This document shows positions 1 to 9,438 of a stretch of 64,000 nt of DNA, piece after piece. Position 1 is the first letter of the stretch. Each line of letters starts with the position of its first letter. The notes beneath the pieces were generated by a model. The model did not search any database. It was not told where the DNA came from and saw nothing but the letters and a program-made list of their open reading frames with translations. A program made the translations under genes and the position numbers. Source of the stretch: Saprospira grandis (lineage in GTDB: Bacteria; Bacteroidota; Bacteroidia; Chitinophagales; Saprospiraceae); assembly GCF_027594745.1 (NCBI RefSeq), contig NZ_CP110854.1, positions 1,180,241-1,244,240 on the forward strand, given 5' to 3'.

Positions 1-13
1 TAATTTATCCTTC

Positions 14-52
14 TATAGGCTAGTTCTTGATTCAGGACTAGCCTATTTTTTT
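14..52 (+). terminator. Intrinsic terminator: hairpin ataggctagt/actagcctat plus T-run, downstream of an off-window gene ending TAA at 1-3
   Basis: 10-bp inverted repeat with 12-nt loop followed by TTTTTTT. The T-run runs straight into a GC-rich repeat copy. Confidence 0.5.
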
Positions 53-192
53 GGGGCCTGCCGCCTTTGGCGGCCGGGCCCTTGCGGGGCTCGCAAGTCT
101 GCTCGGCCCTGCGCCGCTTTCAGCGGCTGGGTCTGGCCTACGGCCCCCCCTTCAGGCCCCTAGGCCTGCGGCGGCTTCGCCGCCTACAAAAC
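46..192 (+). repeat. GC-rich interspersed repeat, copy 1 (forward)
   Basis: TTTTTTGGGGCCTGCCGCCTTTGGCGGC hairpin module, GCTCGCAAGTCTGCTCGGCCCTGCG core and GGTCTGGCC...GGCTTCGCCGCC tail. Shares these modules with more than 20 other copies. Confidence 0.85.
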
Positions 193-312
193 CCAGAAAA
201 CGAATAGCTAGAATAATTTCAAAGCAGAACTAAAAACAATAAAAAGCAAATTTCAGCTAATAAAATTTTAAATTAGAGGGCAAACCAATTCATCATTACA
301 ACCTTATAGTGT

Positions 313-3300
313 ATGCGTATACTTTATGCTTTTGCAGCTGCACTTTTGCTCTCTAGTTTTGGTCTACAAGCCCAAACGACAGCAGGAGACTGGCTAGCGC
401 TGAAGTCGGGCCGAGAATTTATTGCCGCCGACCTCATTAGCTTTAGCAGCCCGCAGCAACAAGATGTTTATCAAGGCAAGCTGTTTCGCTTAGCCAATTT
501 TAAAGAACTGCCCAATGCCAAAAAACGGGCAGCCATGCAAGACCAAGGCATTGTATTTTTAGAATACTTGCCAAAAAATAGCTACCTGCTTGCTATTCCG
601 AGCCGCCTAACTGTTCAAGATTTAGAAGGCTTTGGTATTCGTGGGCTCAAACTGCTCGCTCCCAAACATAAAATGGACGCCCGACTAGAGGAGCGTCCAT
701 TTCCTATTTGGGCCATGCAAGGGCAACAACTTAAGCTTTTTGTCCAAATTCATCAAAGCATCAACTGGGAGCAGGCTCTCCAAGAACTACAAACAGAAGG
801 CTATCCCCTGCTGTTTGTCAACCCCCTAAGCAGAACCCTAGTCACGGCCCTGCCTCCTAGCCAAATTGAACAACTAGCCCAAAAACCCTTTGTTCGCTAC
901 TTAGACTTACCCTCTGATCCTGGACAGCCAGAATCAGATGATGGCCGTAATCTTCACCGCGCCAACCTTATCGATGGCGATTATTATGGGGCCTATGCCT
1001 ATAATGGCGCTGGCGTGGCCGTCGCTATTAACGATGACGGTTTTGCTGGTCCACATATCGACTTTAAAGGCCGAGCCAACCAACAAGATGTAGCTGGCGA
1101 CTTTACTGGCTCTCATGGTGATATGACTGTGGGGATTGTGGGTGCCGCAGGTAACCTAGACCCTGTCATGAGAGGAATGGCCCCGCATGCTTATTTGCAC
1201 GTTCGCCAATATAATAGTAGCCTGCCCGGCACGGTGGCCCTCCACCAAGATAGCGCCGTTATGGTTTTCTCTAGCTCTTATTCTAATGGCTGTAATGCGG
1301 GCTATACCACCCTAGCCAGAACCGTAGACCAAGAGATTTATAGCAACCCTAGCCTCATTCAGGTCTTTTCTGGCGGAAATAGCAACGGTAGCGACTGTGG
1401 CTATGGCGCCGGTAGCCAATGGGGAAATATTACTGGAGGCCATAAAGTTGGAAAAAATGTTTTGGCTACCGCCAACCTCTTTAATGATGACGGCCTCGCC
1501 AATAGTAGTAGCCGTGGCCCCGCCTCCGACGGAAGAATCAAACCCGATATTTCCGCTCATGGCCAAGGCCAAATGTCTACCGACCCCGATAATACTTATG
1601 TGCCTGGTGGAGGAACTTCTGCCGCTGCTCCTGGTATCGCAGGGGTGCTCACCCAATTGCATCAGGCTTATCGAGACCTCAATGCTGGCGCTAACGCCCC
1701 CTCGGCCCTACTAAAAGCCGCATTGCTCAACTCTGCCAATGATCTAGGCAATGATGGCCCCGATTACTCTTTTGGCTGGGGGAAAGTGAACGCCTATCGC
1801 GCACTCAAAACCCTAGAAGAAAACCGATACATTAACGGATCTGTGGGACAAGCAGGCAGCGCTAGCCATACTATCAGTATACCCGCTAATGTTCGCCGAG
1901 CTAAAATTATGGTCTATTGGCACGATAAGGAGGCCTCTACTTCAGCCGCCCTTGCCCTAGTTAATAACCTAGACCTTACAGTTAGCGATCCTAGTAATAG
2001 CACGCATCTGCCCTGGATCCTCGACCCAACACCTAATGCCACTACCCTAGCCCTGCCCGCTACCAGAGGAGTCGATACCCTCAATAATGTGGAACAGGTG
2101 GCTATTGATAACCCTACTGCAGGAACTTATATCATTAACGTAAGTGGTACTGCGGTGCCCTTTGGCCCACAAGACTACTATATCGTCTATGAGTTTCTGA
2201 CCGATGACATCCTACTCACTTACCCCCTTGGTGGCGAAGGACTTATCCCTGGCAGCCAAGACCGTATCCATTGGGATGCCTATGGCACAAGCGCTAGCTT
2301 TAATATTGAGTATAGCGCCGATAATGGTAATTCTTGGGCTACAGTGCAATCTAATGTAGCTGGTACAGCTCGCTTTATTGACTGGACCGTCCCCACTGCT
2401 GTAACTGGCCAAGGACTTATTCGTATTACTAGAGGTAGCAACTCGGATATGAGCGATGCCAATTTCTCGATCCTAGAGACTCCTCAAAATATTCGGGTAG
2501 TTGCGGTCTGTACCTCTGCCAATACCATCCGCATCAATTGGGATGCCGTAGCTGGTGCCGCCGAATATGATGTCTTTGTTCTTGGTGCCACACATATGGA
2601 TTCTGTAGGCTCTACGGCTAACCTTAGCTTTGATGTCCCCGTCAACAATATCAATGATGACCAATGGTTCTCGGTTCGAGCCAAAGGCCCTAACGGCCTT
2701 AGAGGCCGCCGCGCTATTGCGGTCCAAATGCAAGGAGGCAATACAGGCAGCGCAGCCTGCCTTATGGATTGTGGACTAAATGACGATGCCGGAATTAGCC
2801 AGGTCTTTAGCCCCCAAACACAACAGCAAAGTTGTAATGGAAATAGCCTGCCCGTAGAAGTCGAATTGACAAACATTAGCAATCAAACACAAAGTAACTT
2901 TGAGGTCTACTACCAAGTCGATAACCAAACTATTGTCACCGATACCTTTACTGGCAGCCTAGCCGGAGGCGCTGTTGCTAACTTTAGCTTTAGCCAAGCC
3001 CTTACGCTTGCTGGCCCCGGCCAATATCAGTTTAAGGTCTGGACCAATATCCCTGGAGATGGCGCTCGCTGTAATGATACGATCGCTATGACAATTGATT
3101 TTAGCAATACGATTAGTGCTTTCCCTTATATCGAGGACTTTGAATCTGGCGTTTTCCCTCCCGCCAATAGCTATCTCGAAAATAATGATGCCGACCTCAG
3201 CTGGCAGGAAGATAATGTGACGGGTAGCGATGGCAACCCCACTACCGCTATTGTGGTCAATAACTTTGTCTATAATGCCGCCGGTGAAGAGGATGTCCTC

Positions 3301-5016
3301 GGCTTCTTTAGTATGGACCTCACTAACACTCCCGCCGCTCAACTCAGCTTTGATGTGGCTTATGCTCGCTATAGTGCCTCGCTCTATGATGGCCTAAGAG
3401 TAGAGGTCTCTACCGATTGTGGCCAAACCTATAGCCAACTCTACTTTAAAGAGGACCTTACACTCGCTACGGCAGGTACCCAAACTGGGCAGTTTAGCCC
3501 CGCCGCCGCTAGCGACTGGAGAACAGAGGTCATCGATCTCGCCCCTTACATTGGTAATAATGTGGCCTTCCGCTTTGTCAATATCTGTGGCTATGGTAAC
3601 GACCTTTTCCTAGATAATATCAATGTGACAACGCTTAATAATGCGCCCAGCGTGGCCTTTAGCGCTGGAAGCACCACTAGCTGTAATGGTTCGGTCTCTT
3701 TTATGGACCAATCTACAAATACGCCCACTAGCTGGGCCTGGGATTTTGGCGATGGCAATAGCTCTACGCAACAAAACCCCAACCATCAATATACTGCCAA
3801 TGGTAGCTATACGGTCCAACTAATTGCAAGTAACCAACTCGGTAGCGATACCCTGGTCCAAAGCAATTATGTAACAGTGAATTTCCCTACAGCCCCCACT
3901 GCTGCAACTCCAGCTACAGGCTGTGTTGGCCAAACTGTTGCCCTTAGCGCTACCGGCACAGGCAGCATCTGGTGGTCCGATGCAAACGGTAATTTCCTCT
4001 TTGAAGGCAATACTTATAATGCAACGCCTACGGCTACAAGCAGCAACTATTCGGTCCAAAATGTAGTCACTTCTCCCTCTCAGCAGGTTGGCCCAGCCAA
4101 CCCCGCCGCTCTAGGAGCTGGAGGCTATTTTACGGGTACCCAATACCTGAATTTCGACGCCAGCAGCCCCATTCGCATCGTTTCCGTTTTGGTAGATGCC
4201 GATGGCGCAGGCAACAGAACCATTGAGCTTTATGATGCAGCCAATGGCGGCGGTAACCTAATTCAATCCACTACCGTAAATGTTCCTAACGGACAAAGCC
4301 GCATTGCACTCAATTTTGAACTGCCCGCTGCAGGTACATATAGTATCGGCGGAACAGCTCTAAATCTCTACCGCAATAATGCCGGCGCAGCCTATCCCTA
4401 TAGTATCGCTGGCCTGATGAGCATCACGGGCTCTTCTTTTAGCCCCGATTACTACTATTTCTTCTACGATTGGGAGGTCCAAGATGCCCCCTGCCGCTCT
4501 ACTGCTGTTACGGTTAATGTCTCTGCCGATGAGGCAAACTTTAATCATGATGCCAATGCGAGTACTCTTGCCGTTAACTTCACGGACCTATCTGCTGGAG
4601 CCAATAGTTGGAGCTGGGATTTTGGCGATGGCAATAGCTCGACGCAACAAAATCCTAGCTACAGCTATGCCGCCCCTGGCGTTTATCTGGTCCAATTGAC
4701 GATCAATGGTAACTGCAGCTATACCGATACGGTCACGGTTGGCCCCACGGCTATCCAAAGCTGGAGCAATGGCACTGATGTACGCATCCTGCCCAATCCT
4801 AGCCTCGGCCAAAGCCGCCTGCAACTCTCTAGCGCCCTCAGCAATACCCTAAGCGTTCAACTGATTGCCCTAGACGGACGTATCCTCCAAAGCTATGAAC
4901 TGCCCGCTGGCCAAAATAGCCTAGACCTTAATGAGGAGCTCGCCCCCGGCGTCTATTTCTTGCGCATGCAAAATGAACAGGAGCAACTCCTACTCAAATG
5001 GATTATTCAAGACTAA
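313..5016 (+). CDS. Secreted subtilisin-like serine peptidase (S8) with two PKD-like domains and a T9SS C-terminal sorting domain
   Basis: Signal peptide MRILYAFAAALLLSSFGLQAQ. GTSAAAPGIAGV matches the subtilase catalytic Ser motif. Two WDFGDGNSSTQQNP...YTVQL PKD-like units. C-terminal ILPNPSLGQSRLQL...VYFLRMQ matches the Por/T9SS sorting domain pattern. Confidence 0.85.
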   Translation: MRILYAFAAALLLSSFGLQAQTTAGDWLALKSGREFIAADLISFSSPQQQDVYQGKLFRLANFKELPNAKKRAAMQDQGIVFLEYLPKNSYLLAIPSRLTVQDLEGFGIRGLKLLAPKHKMDARLEERPFPIWAMQGQQLKLFVQIHQSINWEQALQELQTEGYPLLFVNPLSRTLVTALPPSQIEQLAQKPFVRYLDLPSDPGQPESDDGRNLHRANLIDGDYYGAYAYNGAGVAVAINDDGFAGPHIDFKGRANQQDVAGDFTGSHGDMTVGIVGAAGNLDPVMRGMAPHAYLHVRQYNSSLPGTVALHQDSAVMVFSSSYSNGCNAGYTTLARTVDQEIYSNPSLIQVFSGGNSNGSDCGYGAGSQWGNITGGHKVGKNVLATANLFNDDGLANSSSRGPASDGRIKPDISAHGQGQMSTDPDNTYVPGGGTSAAAPGIAGVLTQLHQAYRDLNAGANAPSALLKAALLNSANDLGNDGPDYSFGWGKVNAYRALKTLEENRYINGSVGQAGSASHTISIPANVRRAKIMVYWHDKEASTSAALALVNNLDLTVSDPSNSTHLPWILDPTPNATTLALPATRGVDTLNNVEQVAIDNPTAGTYIINVSGTAVPFGPQDYYIVYEFLTDDILLTYPLGGEGLIPGSQDRIHWDAYGTSASFNIEYSADNGNSWATVQSNVAGTARFIDWTVPTAVTGQGLIRITRGSNSDMSDANFSILETPQNIRVVAVCTSANTIRINWDAVAGAAEYDVFVLGATHMDSVGSTANLSFDVPVNNINDDQWFSVRAKGPNGLRGRRAIAVQMQGGNTGSAACLMDCGLNDDAGISQVFSPQTQQQSCNGNSLPVEVELTNISNQTQSNFEVYYQVDNQTIVTDTFTGSLAGGAVANFSFSQALTLAGPGQYQFKVWTNIPGDGARCNDTIAMTIDFSNTISAFPYIEDFESGVFPPANSYLENNDADLSWQEDNVTGSDGNPTTAIVVNNFVYNAAGEEDVLGFFSMDLTNTPAAQLSFDVAYARYSASLYDGLRVEVSTDCGQTYSQLYFKEDLTLATAGTQTGQFSPAAASDWRTEVIDLAPYIGNNVAFRFVNICGYGNDLFLDNINVTTLNNAPSVAFSAGSTTSCNGSVSFMDQSTNTPTSWAWDFGDGNSSTQQNPNHQYTANGSYTVQLIASNQLGSDTLVQSNYVTVNFPTAPTAATPATGCVGQTVALSATGTGSIWWSDANGNFLFEGNTYNATPTATSSNYSVQNVVTSPSQQVGPANPAALGAGGYFTGTQYLNFDASSPIRIVSVLVDADGAGNRTIELYDAANGGGNLIQSTTVNVPNGQSRIALNFELPAAGTYSIGGTALNLYRNNAGAAYPYSIAGLMSITGSSFSPDYYYFFYDWEVQDAPCRSTAVTVNVSADEANFNHDANASTLAVNFTDLSAGANSWSWDFGDGNSSTQQNPSYSYAAPGVYLVQLTINGNCSYTDTVTVGPTAIQSWSNGTDVRILPNPSLGQSRLQLSSALSNTLSVQLIALDGRILQSYELPAGQNSLDLNEELAPGVYFLRMQNEQEQLLLKWIIQD

Positions 5017-5048
5017 TCTTTTCCGGTTTTTCTTGATTTCTCATCTAG

Positions 5049-5082
5049 AGGCCTTCCTTTTGGAAGGTCTCTTTTTTTTGGG
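5049..5082 (+). terminator. Intrinsic terminator after the S8 peptidase gene
   Basis: GGCCTTCC-TTTT-GGAAGGTC hairpin followed by T8. Continues directly into a repeat copy. Confidence 0.5.
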
Positions 5083-5232
5083 GCCTGCCGCCTTCGGCGG
5101 CCGGGCCCTTGCAGGGCTCGCAAGCCTGCTCGGCCCTTCGTTTTTCGCTGCGCTCAAAACTCGGTCTGGCCTGCGGCCACCCTTTCAGGCCCCTAGGCCG
5201 ATAGCCACTGCGGCTTTCAGCCGCAGCAAAAA
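5074..5232 (+). repeat. GC-rich interspersed repeat, copy 2a (forward)
   Basis: TTTTGGGGCCTGCCGCCTTCGGCGGCCGGGCC...GCTCGCAAGCCTGCTCGGCCC; same modules as copy 1. Confidence 0.85.
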
Positions 5233-5261
5233 GGGCCAGCTCAAAAGCTGGCCTCAGCCTT

Positions 5262-5499
5262 CTGGACCTAGCAGGGCCGAAGGCCCGCAGACTGAGGGAT
5301 GAGAGCAGGGCCGCCGCAGGCGGCAGACCCAGGCGCTTTAGCGCCGCAGGGCCGAGCGACCCGACCAACGGGAGCCGACGCAGCGAAGCAAGTAACAGCG
5401 AGCTGCGGACAGCCCGACCCGACTGAAAGGACAACCAGCCCCAAAGGGGCGCCAGTTCGACAACCGAAGGGCGTAGCGGCAGCCCCAAAAAATCATCAT
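5262..5499 (-). repeat. GC-rich interspersed repeat, copy 2b (reverse), head-to-head with 2a
   Basis: Reverse-complement modules ...GGGCCGAGCGACCCGACC...GCAGCCCCAAAAAA. Forms a composite palindrome with copy 2a. Confidence 0.8.
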
Positions 5500-5505
5500 C
5501 TAGTA

Positions 5506-6528
5506 TTAAAGCGATAATTCCCAACTCAAGCCCGAAATATCAACTAATTTTAGGGTTTTGGCCTTGGCCGCTAAGGCTTTGGAAATCGGCAGACTCAGAC
5601 GGGCCTTGGCCCCCAGGGGAACTACGAGGCTATGCGCCCCCGCCCTGATTTTAGCGGGATAAGCATTCTGAATTTGTTGATCGGGCAGGCTAGAAAGGGC
5701 CTTTTGGTCCCAGTACTTAAGGATTTGGCCCTCCTCATCTAGCAATTCGATTTGGATGAGAAAGGAGCCATAAACATCTGCACCCTCTATGCGATAGAGC
5801 TCAAAACTTAGGCTATCAGCCTGAAAAATCGGGGCCGAAAGGGCCAATTTGGGCTTAACCGATTTGTTGTGTAGCTGCCCCCAAAGGCCAGAATGAAAAT
5901 ATTGGTTAGTGTAAAGCGCTAGGGCAAAAATGAGCAAACTGCCCCATAAAACGGGCTTTTGGAAGCCTTCCCAGCGGATAGGGCCCGAGCTCCAAAACGA
6001 TAGGTAGCCGGTCCAGCCCCAACACTCCAAAGCATAATGGTCTAGACTATAGCGGCCGCCGCCCGTCATCAATATACTGGCCCCAGCAGATACCCCCAAA
6101 ATGCCAATTTGCCATTCATCTAAGCAGGTGGTGCCCAGCCAGCCCGAACCCAGCAAAATGCCTAGGGCAAGGCCCAAAACGGCCAGACTCATCAGGCGAC
6201 TTAAAAAACCGAGCATAAAAAAGAGGCCCACAACCCCCTCTATCAGGGTAAAGAAGAGCATGGCCCACCACAAATAGGCGGGATGTTCGAGCAAAAACTC
6301 GATGATTGGGCCAATGCCAAGGGCCTGCGGCAAAAAATGATTAAACTTGATGCCGATATAATTGGCCGCATCGGGATCTAGCTTATTGGAGAGAATCAGG
6401 CGGCGCCAAAAAGCCGAGAAATAGGTCCAGCCCACCACTAGGCGGAGGCCCAAATTAAAGACGCCCAATAATTTATAAGAAAGGAACTGCTGCCCATCTT
6501 GGGGCAAAACTGCTGATTGATTTGACAT
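5506..6528 (-). CDS. DoxX-family-like integral membrane protein with an extra C-terminal domain
   Basis: 340-aa ORF with several hydrophobic helices. N-terminal region resembles DoxX/DoxD membrane proteins. Product is a weak call. Confidence 0.45.
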   Translation of the reverse strand: MSNQSAVLPQDGQQFLSYKLLGVFNLGLRLVVGWTYFSAFWRRLILSNKLDPDAANYIGIKFNHFLPQALGIGPIIEFLLEHPAYLWWAMLFFTLIEGVVGLFFMLGFLSRLMSLAVLGLALGILLGSGWLGTTCLDEWQIGILGVSAGASILMTGGGRYSLDHYALECWGWTGYLSFWSSGPIRWEGFQKPVLWGSLLIFALALYTNQYFHSGLWGQLHNKSVKPKLALSAPIFQADSLSFELYRIEGADVYGSFLIQIELLDEEGQILKYWDQKALSSLPDQQIQNAYPAKIRAGAHSLVVPLGAKARLSLPISKALAAKAKTLKLVDISGLSWELSL

Positions 6529-6934
6529 ATAAATGAGTTTTTTTAATGAATGAATCGCTTAATTGCCAAGCATTCATCAACTCATTTTTCCATTGTTGGT
6601 AGAGCAGAAAATAGGGCCGAGGCGGGCCGCGAGGGCCTTCTGCATCCAGCATCGCTCTATTTTTCCGCTTTATTTGGCTCAAAAAAAATAGCGAAGCCGA
6701 AGAAAGAGGCGCTGTGCCCATTTTCTTTAGCTTCACTATTGTTTGGCTCCATTGCAGGAGCCTGTTTTCGCTTTTTTGTTCTGTTTTCGCACAACTTAGG
6801 CCCTTGGCTTTGGCGGCCACGGCCGTAGGCAATTGGTCCAAACTGCTTTGCAGGGCCCAGCGCATTTTGCAGGGGGCCAGCAAGAGCAAGCTGCCCAAAA
6901 AGAGCAGACTAATATATGTGCGGAGCCTATTCAT
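6473..6934 (-). CDS. Possible small secreted protein (hypothetical)
   Basis: ORF in an otherwise empty 446-bp gap. Signal-peptide-like N-terminus MNRLRTYISLLFLGSLLLLAPC. No recognisable domain. Its 3' end overlaps the start of the DoxX-like gene. Confidence 0.25.
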   Translation of the reverse strand: MNRLRTYISLLFLGSLLLLAPCKMRWALQSSLDQLPTAVAAKAKGLSCAKTEQKSENRLLQWSQTIVKLKKMGTAPLSSASLFFLSQIKRKNRAMLDAEGPRGPPRPYFLLYQQWKNELMNAWQLSDSFIKKTHLYVKSISSFAPRWAAVPFL

Positions 6935-6974
6935 AGGCACAAACATAAGGCTTTATTCCTTTCCCTTTTCTTAG

Positions 6975-7658
6975 CTATTTGCTAAGGCTTTCTAAAAGGC
7001 TTTTGGCCCCTTCAAACAAGCTGTCTAGGGCTTTTTCCATTTGCCAGGCAGCTCGATTGCGGGGCTCTACATAATTGGAGATAGACCGCAGGGCCACAAA
7101 AGGCTGTTTGGCTTGCAGGCAGGCAAAGAAAAAGGCGGCTCCCTCCATACTCTCCAAATCGGCCTCGGGATATTTGGCCCGAATCTGCTCGATAGAATGG
7201 GCAGAGCCATGGGCTTTATTGACCGTTAGGCCCGTAGCCAAGGGCAAAAACTCGCTTTCATCGGCTTGGGGGTTATAGAGGCGCTTATTGATATAAGGCG
7301 GGTTGCTTGCTTCTAAGAGGCCCAAATCAAAGAGGTCTAGAAGGCGGCCATCTTTTTCCTCGGCCCCTAGGTCTCCTAAGATTTCGGCCCGAACGTGATA
7401 GAGCTGGCCCAAAACCAAATCGGGATTCAAGGCTCCAGCTACCCCTAGGTTGATGGCCAAATCGGGGGGATTTAGGAGGAGCTCTTGGCCCAAAGCATGG
7501 GCGGTATGCATACTGCCCACCCCAGTAATTAGGCAATGCAGTTCTAGTTGGCCTTGCTTAAAGCTGCCCGCTCTGCGCTGAGGCTCCCAGTTTTTGTACA
7601 GCCATTGCAAAAGGGGCGAAATTTCTAGTTCGGTGGCGGCGACAATCAGGAGTTTCAT
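6975..7658 (-). CDS. Purine nucleoside phosphorylase-family hydrolase, futalosine hydrolase (MqnB)-like
   Basis: N-terminal MKLLIVAATELE and GVGSMHTAHALGQ resemble MqnB/MTA-nucleosidase family proteins. Overlaps the next gene by 4 bp, suggesting an operon. Confidence 0.5.
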   Translation of the reverse strand: MKLLIVAATELEISPLLQWLYKNWEPQRRAGSFKQGQLELHCLITGVGSMHTAHALGQELLLNPPDLAINLGVAGALNPDLVLGQLYHVRAEILGDLGAEEKDGRLLDLFDLGLLEASNPPYINKRLYNPQADESEFLPLATGLTVNKAHGSAHSIEQIRAKYPEADLESMEGAAFFFACLQAKQPFVALRSISNYVEPRNRAAWQMEKALDSLFEGAKSLLESLSK

Positions 7659-8365
7659 AGTTGAGTGGCTTGTTCGGCGAGATATTCTTCTTGGCTCATG
7701 CGGTCATAATAGCGCATCTTAAAGCGGTCCTTTTCGAGAACCACTTGGGTGTGGCTGACCGTCTGCACAATGCCATTATTGCGGTACATCACTAGGCCAT
7801 TTTCGATATCGCCTTGGCCCCCTTCCTGATGAAACTGCCAGGCAGATTCTGGGCGGTAAGTTCCTTGTTGGCACTTCCAATCTGTAAACCAGCCCGCTCT
7901 TTGGGCCTGAATAGGCGCTGGATAAAGGGTGGCTGAAGACCAGATATAGGCTTCGGTGGGCATCAATTTTTCTACATGGGCTTTTTCCTCATCCCAGCGC
8001 AATTGATACAAATTGCCTCGCTCATAAATGACCAAGGTAAAGGGTTCGATGCCTTCAAAATCGTAGTGTTCAAAAAAGCTGGGCGCATCTTCATAATCAA
8101 AGAAATCGAGGACCAGCAGGCCACGGCTGCGCTTATAAGGCGGTTGGTGTTTATGTTTCACAAAGGCGCCATTGAGCAAACAAAGCAGGCGGCCATTATC
8201 CGAGGCGGCAATCCAAGTTCCCCCTTGGCTGGGCTCTTTAGGATAAATCAATCCTTTTTCCTCATGCTTAAAAATCCCCTCGGGTTGGCGGCGGGGGCTC
8301 TCATCTCGGTTAGAGGTCAGTACAAATTGGTCCTTGCCTAGGGGCAAGTAAGTTACGGTACACAT
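7655..8365 (-). CDS. NRDE-family (TANGO2-like) protein
   Basis: Starts MCTVTYLP and contains the NRDE motif (TSNRDE), typical of this family. Confidence 0.6.
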   Translation of the reverse strand: MCTVTYLPLGKDQFVLTSNRDESPRRQPEGIFKHEEKGLIYPKEPSQGGTWIAASDNGRLLCLLNGAFVKHKHQPPYKRSRGLLVLDFFDYEDAPSFFEHYDFEGIEPFTLVIYERGNLYQLRWDEEKAHVEKLMPTEAYIWSSATLYPAPIQAQRAGWFTDWKCQQGTYRPESAWQFHQEGGQGDIENGLVMYRNNGIVQTVSHTQVVLEKDRFKMRYYDRMSQEEYLAEQATQL

Positions 8366-8387
8366 AATATTATATAGTTCTTGTTTT

Positions 8388-8566
8388 TCGGTTGGGGTTG
8401 GGGGGGGGTTGGGGCTGCCCCTCGCCTATCGGCTCGGGTCGGGCTCTGTCGGGGCTCGCAGGTCTGCTCGGCCCTGCGCAAAATTCGCTACGCTCATTTT
8501 GCTGGGTCTGCGGCTTCGCCGCCCCCCTTTCCATCCCTCAGCCGAGGCGCTTCGCGCCTGCTTGCT
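8388..8566 (+). repeat. GC-rich interspersed repeat, copy 3 (forward)
   Basis: GCTCGCAGGTCTGCTCGGCCCTGCG core; tail GGGTCTGCGGCTTCGCCGCCCCCCTTTCCATCCCTCAGCCGAGGCGC shared with copy 6. Confidence 0.8.
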
Positions 8567-8571
8567 GCAAA

Positions 8572-9204
8572 TTATTGGCCCAATAAAATTTGTTGGGGAA
8601 AGAGTTTTTTGAGGCGGGCATCATGGGTAACAATCAGCAGGCTAGCGTTTAGGGCTTCTGATTGTTCTCGGAGGAGCTGGGCCACTTCCTCGGCATTTTT
8701 ATCGTCTAGGCTGGCCGTGGGTTCATCGGCCAAGATGAGTTGGGGGCGGCGCAGCAGCACACGAGCAATAGCGATGCGTTGTTGTTCGCCTTGGCTCAGT
8801 TGCTGGGGTTTGGCCTTGCGTTTATCGGCTAGACCTAGGCGATCTAGCAAATGGACAATGGCATTTTTGTCTTCTTTAATTTGGGCAAAATGCTGGGCGG
8901 CCAATAGGTTTTCTTCCACATTTAGGGAGCGGATAAGGTGGGCTTGTTGGAAGACCACCCCGACCTTTTGGCCTCTATACTCATCTAGGCTGCCCTTCAT
9001 ATTTTCTAGGGCCAAATCGCCTAGGCGGATACTGCCTTTTTGCAATTTTCGGAGGCCTGCGATCAGGTGGAGCAGGGTTGTTTTGCCGCAGCCAGATTGG
9101 CCTAAGAGCAGGCGTTGCTCGCCTGCGGGGCAAGTAAAATTGGGAAAATCAATTTGTTTTCCATCGGGATATTGGTAACTAACATCTTGAACGTGTAGGT
9201 CCAT
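8572..9204 (-). CDS. ABC transporter ATP-binding protein (stand-alone ATPase; no adjacent permease)
   Basis: Walker A GQSGCGKTT, signature LSQGEQQRIAIARVL and Walker B LILADEPTASLD. The start at MDLHVQDV (9204) is preferred over the longer ORF start at 9261, which runs into a repeat. Confidence 0.85.
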   Translation of the reverse strand: MDLHVQDVSYQYPDGKQIDFPNFTCPAGEQRLLLGQSGCGKTTLLHLIAGLRKLQKGSIRLGDLALENMKGSLDEYRGQKVGVVFQQAHLIRSLNVEENLLAAQHFAQIKEDKNAIVHLLDRLGLADKRKAKPQQLSQGEQQRIAIARVLLRRPQLILADEPTASLDDKNAEEVAQLLREQSEALNASLLIVTHDARLKKLFPQQILLGQ

Positions 9205-9225
9205 AGGAAAGGAGTTTCTGGTCCA

Positions 9226-9398
9226 AAAAATGGCGGCTTTGCCGCCTTGGCCGCAGGCCAAACGGCCTAGCGATGTGCAGGGGTGGCCGCAGGCCAGACC
9301 GAAGCGCGCAGCGCTGAAGGGCCGAGCGAACAGCGAGCCCCGAAGCGTAGCGCCGCAGCTTGCTGCGGAGGCCCCAAAAGGGCATAAAAAAGGGGAGA
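9226..9398 (-). repeat. GC-rich interspersed repeat, copy 4 (reverse)
   Basis: GGCCTAGCGATGTGCAGGGGTGGCCGCAGGCCAGACC...GCAGCTTGCTGCGGAGGCCCCAAAAG. Begins right after the stop of the 1885-aa gene. Confidence 0.85.
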
Positions 9399-9438
9399 AC
9401 AGCGAACTGTCCTCCCCTCAAAAGTACAATATTTTGGC

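Noticed and set aside
51-233. Short Ala/Gly/Pro/Arg-rich ORFs inside the GC-rich repeats (e.g. 51..233, 5045..5524, 8381..9178, 9179..9421, 15195..15563, 19231..19552, 29615..29850, 35619..35846, 47007..47198, 60234..60586)
   Set aside because: They coincide exactly with repeat copies, occur in both orientations, and have composition driven by the 68% GC repeat rather than by the genome's coding bias.
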